DNA from: Peribolospora baueri
Lineage: Eukaryota
Assembly: GCA_029717555.1 (NCBI GenBank)
Contig: JAMDHS010000068.1
Coordinates: 62,001-114,978 of the forward strand
Direction of reading: 5' to 3'
Length of the DNA: 52,978 bases
The notes beneath the pieces are model-generated. The model was not told where the DNA came from and made no database searches. It worked only from the letters and a program-made list of their open reading frames with translations. Shown in pieces: positions 44,102 through 52,978 of the stretch (its first letter is position 1; each line of letters starts with the position of its first letter). Made by a program: the position numbers and the translations under genes.

Positions 44102-44988
44102 ACTGTTTTTTAGTTTTTATTTTGGGTCGTCTTCGCGCGGCACCCTTGGGGATCGTCTGAGACATTCGCGGGCTTGTGTGCGCAGCAAGCCCTCTCGGCC
44201 GCTAGTTTGGAGGAGTGAACGAATCGAATTGTCTCGACGCACGAATTGGAATAAGGAGCCGCGTCGCCAAAGCTCTGTCGAACGGAGGGACGGGCAACGA
44301 CGCGGTGGGAGGCGGCAAGATGAGGGCGGGGTTCGCCTAGCCACATACGAGAAGCATTAGGCGAGGTACAGCGACTCGCCAGGGACGTGCTTGTGCTCGT
44401 GCACCCGACGGGCTGTGCCTGCTGCGAACTGAGCGAGCCCTGCAGGAGTACCTGGTACGTCAAAGATGTCTTGTCTGCCTGTCGGGCCTCAGCGCCGTTG
44501 CCCGCTCCCGCACCGTGGCAAGAACGTCGGGCGGCCCAGTCTGGGATGAGTTGAGGGACGTCCCTAGTTCTAGCTCACGTCGGTCACAGCGCTTCCGCCC
44601 AGGCGGAACGTGGACACCGTTCGTCCCGGGGGCCAGGCGAGGTCTTTGTTCCATGCGGATACGAGCCCAAGCGCGTCGTTGCCCGTTTGGGTGCGGGTCA
44701 GGTCAGGTCAGGTCAAGGTCAGATCAGGTCCAAGGAGGGGCACCAGGCCTTCGTTGGCCGAGTTGCAGCCAGGTCCCGTTAACTGACTACAGTACTGTAC
44801 GTAGTTACGTCACTTTAACTCGGCCACATCGCCCCGCTCCGAATCTAGCTAAGCTGTTTAGCGTTCCGCCCTGGACGAGCGGTTAAGTACTCCTTCGTGC
44901 TCTTCCCTCCACCTCGCTCTCTATTCGCTCTCCTTCCCACCTCCTCCCTCGACGTCCCTCCAAGTCAAACCCGCCCGTCGTCCTGCAA

Positions 44989-45174
44989 GTGAGTGCGAGT
45001 GCGAGCGCGAGCGCAAACGGGCGAGGGGAACCAACGTGCGCGGGCGGTCCCCCACTGGGGTCAACGCGGTGTCCGAGTCGCCGCGTCGTCGACGCTGGCT
45101 ACAACATGGATCCCGTTCGCCTCCGTCGACTAACTAACACCTTCTCTTTATTTCCCTCATCCCTTCCTCACCAG
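44989..45174 (+). other. Probable 5'-UTR intron of the small secreted peptide gene
   Basis: GTGAGT donor at 44989, CTAACTAAC branch point at about 45130, polypyrimidine tract, and CAG acceptor at 45172-45174, 17 nt upstream of ATG 45192. Confidence 0.75.
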
Positions 45175-45191
45175 CCCAACCAACATCCACG

Positions 45192-45544
45192 ATGAAGTTC
45201 TACTCCCTCCTCGCCCTCGTCGCCATCGTCGCCGCCTCCGCCGTTGTCGCCGTGCCCTCTCCTGGTGAAGTGCCCGTTCCCCGCCAGGCCTTGCGCCTTC
45301 GCCTACCTCGGTCTCCTTCTTACGTCCTTCCCCGCCCTTCCCCGCCGTTGTTGCCTCCCCTCCTCTTCCAGAGCCCACCGAGACTGTCAAGGAGGACCTC
45401 ACGGGTGAGTGGCGTGGGCGAGAGGAGAAAAAGCGAGCGTGTGGGAGTTGCGCCATGGTCCGCTCATCTCCATCCTCCTCTTTCCCCCCTTCTTCCACTC
45501 GTCGTGTCGCTCGTCACGTCCCATTCACAGGTTACCCGTGGTGA
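45192..45544 (+). CDS. Small secreted peptide precursor (39 aa), Qsp1/CQS1-like quorum-sensing peptide candidate; exons 45192-45264, 45372-45404, 45531-45544
   Basis: Spliced product is MKFYSLLALVAIVAASAVVAVPSPEPTETVKEDLTGYPW*. It has a classic signal peptide, strongly C-ending codon bias, frame-consistent GT-AG introns with pyrimidine tracts, and a C-terminal YPW as in Cryptococcus Qsp1 (NFGAPGGAYPW). Confidence 0.75.
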
Positions 45545-46395
45545 ACGTGTGTGCGCGGACCGACCAAAAGAAGGAGCCTCTTCGCCCGCCTGTCGCTTCT
45601 CGTTTCCCTTCCCTCCCCTCTTCTCTTCTTGCGCCCGTCCGACCATTCGGAGTGGGTCGCTGCCGCTTGCCTTCGCCTTCCGCTTGTCAAATCAGCTGGA
45701 CCTGTCTTGTCTTGCGTCTTGCTTGCCCGCCTTTCCATTCGTTATCCGGATCGGCGCTTTTGATGGTTACTCTACCCACAAGTTGTTGAACAAACGATCG
45801 AATCGTCGCGCGGGGCCGGGTGTGCAGGAATGGCAAACCGAGCCGCCTTGCCTTGGCCGTCTTTGCCGGGTCTCTCACACGTACGAAGCGCTAGGCCCTT
45901 TGTTTGATTTCAAAGGCTCGGAGCTCGCGCTCGCCCGGAGCGGCCTATGTCGCCTCGGCCGTCCGTCAGCGCAGGAGGCGCGTGCCTAGGAGGAGCGGCG
46001 CCCTGCGTGCTCGTATAGGTATAATATGTGTTACCCATGAAGTGGAAGAAGGCGGCGTAGTCAGCCAAACTACCGTCGTCGTCTGTCTTGCTCCATTGTC
46101 TTTCTGTCTGTGCGGCCGGGACGAACGTCGGATGCGGGTTGGGCCGATTCGATCCGCCAAACGACAAGAACACGCCGCCCTCTTTTCTCCTTCCTGCCTC
46201 ATGTGAAACGGAGTCTTATATCTCGTTCACCACTACTGCCTTCGTTGCTCCCCCCGTCACTGACTTTCCTCACACACCTGTAGCAGTGGTCTGAGCACTC
46301 GACTCGACTGACCGACATATTAGGCTCTCTCTCCCTTTTGGCTGTGGCACATTTCCACCTCACCTCGGCTCACACACGCAACGCACCTCGCAGCC

Positions 46396-47803
46396 ATGTC
46401 CCAACGCCCGCCCGAGGACGTGCCCAGCTACACCCCGTGGGCGCGCGTCTCCTCCCTCCTCTCTTACGCACTCGAATCCCTCTCTCTTCCTTCCCACGCT
46501 CAGCACGAACAGGATGCCGACGCAAAAAGAAGCGAAGAGGAGGGGCTGTCCAAGGCCACCGAGGCCGTTAGGAGAGCCCGCGCCGTCGCCGCCGATACGG
46601 AGGACTATGCGCAGAGGATGAGCGAGCCTGCCCCGCCAATGGTGCAGGTGCGTAGGGCCCCGGCCGCGTCATCGACGTCGGCTAGACTCTTGACATCTGC
46701 CTGCTCACGCCACGCCCAGTCCCCTTTTTTTTACATTCACCGATTCCTCCTCCAAAGACCCGGTGCAAAGAGACGGCAGAATACGACTGGAACGGCGCCT
46801 TTGCTCAAGGACTCCTCTCCCGCCGCTTGCACGCCGGCATGTGCGCTGGCGAGTACGAGGCCGTCGTCATCGCCAAGTTGGCCGAGGTGAGCGAGCCGAG
46901 CCGAGCCGAGCCGGCAGGCGGGACGGGGCGCGAGTCTGTCGGCGATGCGTGGGACCGCTTCTTCTAAATCTATCTGCCCTACCTTTTGTTTTCGTTTCGT
47001 TTCTCTCCCTCTCTCTCCGCCCCTTCCTTCCCTCGTCATCCATGGATTGGGACGTGTGCACAAACAGCTCTGCAGAGCCAAGACTGTGCTCGAGATTGGC
47101 ATGTTCACCGGGTGAGTTGGAGGCTAGGGTGGCGTCGCTCAGGCCCTTTTCATTGATAGTTTGCCATCTTCCCCTGCTCGTCGTAGCACCACCGCCATGG
47201 CCATGGCGGCAGCTCCCGGGGTGGAGAGAGTCACCTGTCTCGACGTAGAGCCGTACGTGAGTGCGAAGCGTACTTATGACCGGGGGCGTCCGTGCTTTTT
47301 TTTTTTCGGGCTGGATCCTTTCCTTGCTCGCTGACACGTCGCGGACGCACTCCTTCTCTCCCCGCCGATCTGAAAAGCTGTTCGACCTCAACCGCCCTTC
47401 CCAAGACAAGGCGGGCTTGTCGTCCAAGATCCGCACGATGATCAAGCCAGCCTTGGAGGCGCTAGAAGAGCTAGCGTCCAAAGGCGAGACGTTCGACTTT
47501 GTCTTCATCGACGCCGACAAGGAGAACTACTGGTCCTACTATGATTTCATCATCTCCCGCAACCTCCTCTCCTACCCTCACGGAGTGATCGCCGTTGACA
47601 ACGTCCTCTTCAAGGCCTACGTCACCGCCGCCGGCGGCTCGGACGGGGAGATGGCGCCCGGGATGCCAAACATGCACGACTGGGAGACGTCGACGAGGCA
47701 GATCGACGATTTCAACAGGCGTCTCAGGCACGACCACAGGACCGAGGTCGTGATGCTCGCCGTGAGGGACGGCGTCAGTTTGGTGACGTGGAAGAGGACG
47801 TAG
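46396..47803 (+). CDS. O-methyltransferase family 3 (catechol/caffeoyl-CoA OMT-like), 5 exons
   Basis: AKTVLEIGMFTG|TTAMAMA...VTCLDVEPY and FDFVFIDADKENYWSYY...GVIAVDNVLF...DDFNRRLRHDHRTEVVMLAVRDGVSLV, the Methyltransf_3 motifs. Confidence 0.92.
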
Positions 47804-48425
47804 TGTGGCGTGGCGCAATTCTTCGTTCCCGAACCCCCCTCGCTCGCCCTTGAAGGGCGCAGGACGAGGAAGACGGCCATCCATCCGTCCGCAACCCGGT
47901 CCGTTGTGATCTTCCTTCCTCCTCCCCCACGTCTCGATCGCCGTTGTCGGTCGACTTTCTTCTACGTCTTTCTCATTTCCTTTTCGCTCGAATCTTGAAA
48001 AGGTGGTGTAGACTTCTGCCACGTCCGACGCACCCCCAACCCCGTTGACGGACGGGACGGCGTGCTCGTTCGGCCCGGGGGGAAGCAACCAAACGTCGCC
48101 TCTCCTCCTTCTCCCAACATCCTGCCGTACGTGTGTACTCGGCGAGATGGGGATCTCGCTTTCGTCCGTCAGTCACGCCCGAATGGCCTCCCGAACAAAG
48201 CTTTATGCAGAAGAACTCTGAACGTGCGCTACGGCGACCCCCCCTTCTTTCGTTTGGGCACGAGAAAAATGGGACCTTCCAGAGAGCAGACGGACGGACA
48301 TACGGATCGAACGAAATGAAAGAAAAGAAAGTCTTGACGCCATTTGATTGCCGCCACGAAAAAAAAAAGCCGATAAACTAGTTTCCATATCACCGTCACA
48401 TCAGGTCAAGTCAGATCAGATCAGA

Positions 48426-50314
48426 TCAGGTCGACTGGTGAGCGGCGGCCGGAGCTTGGGCGACGGGTTCACCAGCGGCGCCTGGGGCGGCGGCGGCCGA
48501 ACCCGTGTCCTTGGACTGCAAGCTCTTCTCCACGGCCACAATCTCGGCCAGATCGCGCTCCAAGCCTGCCATCGCTTCTTCCCTCATCGGCGGCAGCGGG
48601 CGGCGGGGTACGCCGGCGGAGTAGGAGTACGAGCCCAGGGAGGAGGCGAAGCGCGTGATCGCCCATTTCGTGCCGCCGATGCCGACCTGGGAGAGGGAAA
48701 ACCGGGGGAGCGGGGAGGAAGGGAGGGAAGGAAGAAAGGAAAGAAGGGGAGGAAGGAAGGGAACCAAGGGAGGAAGGAAAGGGTGTGAGCATGCGTGCGT
48801 GCGTGCGTGCGAGTGACCGGCGGATGAGAGGCGCTCGATGGACGGATAGATGGGACCGATCGATTCTTCAACGGCCAGCCAAACACCCACCTGGCTGAGC
48901 GCCTCGTCGGCCCTACCAACGACGCCCTGCAAATCCTGCGCCTGTTGCATGAGCTGAGGGTCGCTCGAGTTGATGCTCTTCACGCCAACGTCGAAAAGGT
49001 GAGCCACGGTCAGGGGGGCAAAGTTAGCGAGGCCCGTGATGGCGCCCGCGCCCCGGCCGATGAGGGACGGATAAAGCCCGTCGGCGTAGCCCATAAGGGC
49101 GAGGAATGGCGCTGCAGGGTTAGTGCGCGGGTGCGAAGTCGCAAAGGAGGGAGTGGCGGTCACGGAGCTGATTCGGGCGAGCTTGGAGATGGAGTTGCAG
49201 CTGCGTGGGTGGAAGAACGGCACGTCCGGCGAAGAGGTGTCAAAGACAAGCCATGGAGTCATGCGGGGTTCCGGAACGCAAGTGCGATCGGCATCCGAAG
49301 CCGTACGTGCTCACGTCAGCTTGATTCCACAGGTGTTGGGAACGGTCCGGGCGATATCTATGATGAAATCCGAGTCGAGGTCGACCTGATTCACTGCCGG
49401 GTAATTGTAGAGCATGACGCTGCGCGGTGCAAACGAAGCGGAATCGAAAAGGAGATGCGGTGAGGGAACGCGTAATACTACCTTGCCCCGGACAGCGTAC
49501 TACACTCACGGGATGGGACTCGCTCCTGCGATGTCGGAAAAGTACCTCTTGAGGGCCTGCCTGCTAGACGGCTTGCCCAACAAGGCGCCGTAATAGGGCG
49601 GAGCGATGACGATGGCATAGTCCGCGCCGGCCTGAGCGGCCTCGCAGCAGAGCTCGATGGACTCGCGCGTCGAGCCCGTACCACACCCTGCGATGATGGG
49701 GACGCGCGTCAGGCCCGCTTCGTCCAGGGCTTGACGGGAGGCGGTGATCACTTGGGTGCGCTCGGCGTGGCTGAGATGGGCGCACTGTATGGGAAGATGG
49801 AGCAAAAAAGGAAAAGAAAATGAGCAAACGGGAAAGCGTGAGCGCGCCAACGACAGAATGAGAAAGCCATAGCTGATCGTTGGATGCAAGCGAGCCTGGC
49901 CCCTACGCTCACCTCTCCCATGCTTCCCGAAAGGAGAATGCCGACACCGCTCTGAGCAAGGCGCACGACATGCTTCTGGAGCGTGGGAATGTCAAGATCC
50001 TCCGAGTCGGGGAGGAAAAAGGTGGGAATTGGCGCAAAGACGCCTGCGCATCGTAAAAAAAAATAATAATAAAGAAGGGTTCGTGTGCCGAGGAGCGAAG
50101 AGGACGGGTCCGATGAGCTTTCGCCGGCTCCCGACACGGTATGCCCTCGCACGTGGTCCACTCACCGGGCTTGAGGGGTCGGATGGGGTGAGCTTCGTGT
50201 CGGTTGCAGGGCGGTGAAGGGAACAATGTATGCAAGGGTAGGGCAACAGGGCGGCAAGTCAGCGTAGCGCCCTTGCTGAGCATACCGCGACGGCAACCGA
50301 GGCTTACCGGCCAT
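48426..50314 (-). CDS. Dihydrodipicolinate synthase-family class I aldolase (HOGA or L-threo-3-deoxy-hexulosonate aldolase-like), multi-exon
   Basis: MA|AHPIRPLKP|GVFAPIPTFF...GSMGE|CAHLSHAER...PIIAGCGTGSTRESIELC..AAQAGADYAIVIAPPYY...SPIP|VMLYNYP...GIKLT|C (Schiff-base Lys) and GAITGLANFAP. Confidence 0.92.
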
Positions 50315-50664
50315 GGTCGTCAGACAAGATCGAAAGGCAGGAGGGAATATAAAAACCGGATGGGGAAGGAAGGGCGTGGTTAGGGAGAGACCGGATCCAT
50401 GGCCGGCCTTTGCCGCCTTTAAGAAGACGAGAGGCGCCGGCAAAGGCGGGGGCGAGCCAACGACAGCTCTCCCCCGCAAGATCGACGATCGTCAAGCCGC
50501 TCCGGAGGCTCGGGCCGGTACGCCGGTAGAAGTTGCGCTGCCGAGCGGCTCCTGAGAAAATATCACGTGAGCAACGTCGATGCGCTCGCTCGTCTTCTGT
50601 TGAACCAGGGCCACATCATCACCTCATGCATCCACGTCACGCCGCTCTCGCCGCAAATCACACA

Positions 50665-52389
50665 ATGTCTTCCAAGCGAAAGGCTCCCATCAACCCCGCC
50701 TCAAGCATGCGCTCCTCAGCGCGTCAAGCTGACCAACCCGCCGGGGCTCGCTCCACCTCCAAGCGAGCGCGCTTTGCCGAACCGCTCAAGGACGCGGCGT
50801 TTGGGTCATCTTCTCGTTTCGACGGCGATATGGGGTCAGGGGCGAGCGAGCCGATCGAGGGTGACCCGGAGCTGGAGGCGCAGGATGCAAAGCGCGAGCA
50901 ACAGGGCAGGAAGGGTAGGGTGATCACAGAGGGATACAGCGACAGCGAGGAGAGCGAGGGGGGTGACGACGACGTCGTCAGTGCGAGAAAGGGAAAGGGG
51001 AAGGCGGCTGGAGCGGAGGAGGAGGAGGAGGACGACGACATGTTTGACGTCAAAGGTGGCGGATCGGACAGCGAAAAGGAGGACCTAGGTGGTAAGAAGG
51101 GCAAAGGAAAGGGCAAGGGCAAGGAGCCGAGGTTCCTGGAGATGGGCGAGATCGAGGGCCAGGAATTCGGCGCGGCCTCCGACCGACGGTACGACAAGGG
51201 CAAGGAGACCGCCCCGGGGGAGGACGACGAAGAGGCGAGTGATTTGGAGGTCAATTTCGAGGACGAGTCGGAGCACTCGGACGTCGACCTCGAAGCTGAG
51301 CCGGAGGAAGCGAACGAGGGAGAGGGCGACGAAGCATCGAAGGGGGACGGGCAGCGGACAAAACGCAAGCAGGGTATGGGCTTCAAGCTGGACGCGTTCA
51401 ACATGAAAGCGGAGATGTCCGCAGGCAGGTTTGATACGGAGGGCAACTACATCGCCAACGCCAAGGACCCGCACGATCAGCACGACCAGTGGCTCAAGGG
51501 CAACTATAGCCGGCAGACTATCCGGCAGGCCAAGGAGGCCGCCAAGGCTAGGGAGGAGAGAGCAGAGAGGGAGAGGAGGGAAATGGAAGAGAGGACGGGG
51601 GGATTGCTCAACGAGGCGCAAAAAATGATGAAGCTGATCCGATTGATGCATCGCGGGGAGACGGTACAGGAGGCGGTTCAGCGCATCGGTGCTGAGGCCC
51701 AGAAGGAGAGAAAGGCGGAGCAGGCATTGAAGAAAGGCGCGTGGGGCAAGGGTAAACGGGCTCAAGCCAAGAAAAGTCGCAGCGCCGACGCTACCGGCTC
51801 GAGCGATGCGATGGCCGTCGACGACGTCCCTCCGTCCGACATGGACGTCGCCGCGGCGGCCTCTACCTCTCCATCGTCCGCAGCGCCACGACATCCCTCT
51901 CTGCTTGCCCTCGACACGGTAACAGACCTCACGTCCGGCCTCATGTCCGATCACGGCCTGATGAACATCTACGATGAGACGTTCGAGGGACTTGTGCGCT
52001 CCATCAGGCGGTCCGGAGAGGTGCCGGAGACGTGGGATCCCAGGCCGGCTGATGAGGACGAGAGTGAGCGGGAACGATCGGAGCGCATGGACATGAACGG
52101 CGCCGCCAACGTCGTAGGAGCGACCTCGTCAGACGTTGACGAGCGGCAATTCGAGTACAAATGGGCTCCCAGCTACCTCGCCGCCCAAGCCGCACAGACG
52201 GGCCGACCGGTGGACCCGGAAGTGCAGGTGTACGGGCCATTCTCCGCTTCAGATCTCAAGAGCTGGGGATCGCAAGGGTTCTTTGGGGGTGAGGGGAGGG
52301 AGAGGATTTTGCTTAGGGCGGCGGCGCAGAAGGACGGAGGAGGGATGCAGGGCGGAGGTTGGAAGCGTTGGGGAGAAGCGGGATTGTGA
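50665..52389 (+). CDS. LIN1: Lin1/CD2BP2 (U5-52K) GYF-domain splicing factor, single exon
   Basis: Acidic N-terminus, EIEGQEF, KLDAFNMKAEMSAGRFDTEGNYI, DQWL, GETVQEAVQRIG, and a C-terminal GYF-like domain FEYKW...VYGPFSASDLKSWGSQGFF. Confidence 0.88.
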   Translation: MSSKRKAPINPASSMRSSARQADQPAGARSTSKRARFAEPLKDAAFGSSSRFDGDMGSGASEPIEGDPELEAQDAKREQQGRKGRVITEGYSDSEESEGGDDDVVSARKGKGKAAGAEEEEEDDDMFDVKGGGSDSEKEDLGGKKGKGKGKGKEPRFLEMGEIEGQEFGAASDRRYDKGKETAPGEDDEEASDLEVNFEDESEHSDVDLEAEPEEANEGEGDEASKGDGQRTKRKQGMGFKLDAFNMKAEMSAGRFDTEGNYIANAKDPHDQHDQWLKGNYSRQTIRQAKEAAKAREERAERERREMEERTGGLLNEAQKMMKLIRLMHRGETVQEAVQRIGAEAQKERKAEQALKKGAWGKGKRAQAKKSRSADATGSSDAMAVDDVPPSDMDVAAAASTSPSSAAPRHPSLLALDTVTDLTSGLMSDHGLMNIYDETFEGLVRSIRRSGEVPETWDPRPADEDESERERSERMDMNGAANVVGATSSDVDERQFEYKWAPSYLAAQAAQTGRPVDPEVQVYGPFSASDLKSWGSQGFFGGEGRERILLRAAAQKDGGGMQGGGWKRWGEAGL

Positions 52390-52879
52390 GGGTGTACAGC
52401 TCTCTTTGCAGTGCGATGGATGGAGGTGGCATGTCGACAGTCCCTTTCAGCCCACTCGTACGAGTATTCGACGCGACGACGTTCCATTCCCTTGCTTGTC
52501 CCACAAGCCCAGGTTGATATAGCCGCAGCACACGTTTGCCGTCGGTGCCGGGGCGACGTAAGCGGATCGAAGCGGAGAATTACATCCGGCCAATTCAATT
52601 CCGCCACTGCCATCTAGACTCGTTCGTTGCCCTGACCGTTAACGGACGACCCGGCCAAGACGCGAGAGTGAGGGTAGCGCCTTCGACGGGCGCGGGGCGT
52701 GGGGCGCTTTTGCTGGCTGACCAAGACATGCGATCACATCGATCGTTGTTTCCGGTCACCTGCATTGAAGACAGGCGTATATCTTGCCGACGCCGGGGGC
52801 CGCTGACGCGGCTGCCTCCTGTGCCGAGTCCGGGGCAAGGCGAGGTGGAAAAAAACGACCTTGCATACACAATGAATGG

Positions 52880-52978
52880 TATAAATAGGGCAACCTCTCC
52901 CCGCCTTGGCTAGCCACCAACAGTCCGCATCTCTGTCAGCCCCATACCGTACGCGAGCCATGTCCACTTCCAAGATCC
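52880..52978 (+). promoter_or_regulatory. TATA box (TATAAATA) and possible start (ATG 52960) of a gene running off the window
   Basis: TATAAATA at 52880-52887 and GCCATG context about 75 nt downstream. Only 6 codons are visible. Confidence 0.35.

Noticed and set aside
45192..45544. Peptide as a mating pheromone, MSDIN or KEP-type RiPP precursor
   Set aside because: It has no CAAX box, no MSDIN leader and no repeated KR-flanked cores. A signal peptide with terminal YPW fits Qsp1 better.
45192..45989. 265-aa ORF starting with a signal peptide
   Set aside because: After codon 24 it reads through pyrimidine-rich intron and 3'-UTR sequence. Clear splice sites give a 39-aa product instead.

Overview
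Gene-dense, intron-rich eukaryotic DNA from a fungus, most likely a basidiomycete (GC-rich coding, many short GT-AG introns, GC-AG introns, microexons). It holds about 18 protein genes and one tRNA-Gly(GCC). The genes are: the 3' end of a USP48-like deubiquitinase, an Irs4/Tax4-like EH-domain protein, DUF866/CZIB, Vta1, mitoribosomal mS45/Bot1, a Zn2Cys6 transcription factor, Ubp15/USP7, a class I SAM methyltransferase, an Ecm15-like thiamine-binding protein, Rho1, a membrane-anchored pepsin-family protease, an SDR, a Cdc25/Acr2-type rhodanese phosphatase, Cia1, an O-methyltransferase, a DHDPS-family aldolase and Lin1/CD2BP2. The standout, which the ORF track misreads, is a tiny spliced gene at 45192-45544. 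It encodes a 39-aa secreted precursor, MKFYSLLALVAIVAASAVVA-VPSPEPTETVKEDLTGYPW, whose layout and C-terminal YPW match the Cryptococcus quorum-sensing peptide precursor Qsp1/CQS1. It is therefore a candidate new fungal peptide quorum-sensing signal. All exon structures were spliced by eye and all family calls are from recognised motifs; no database searches were run.
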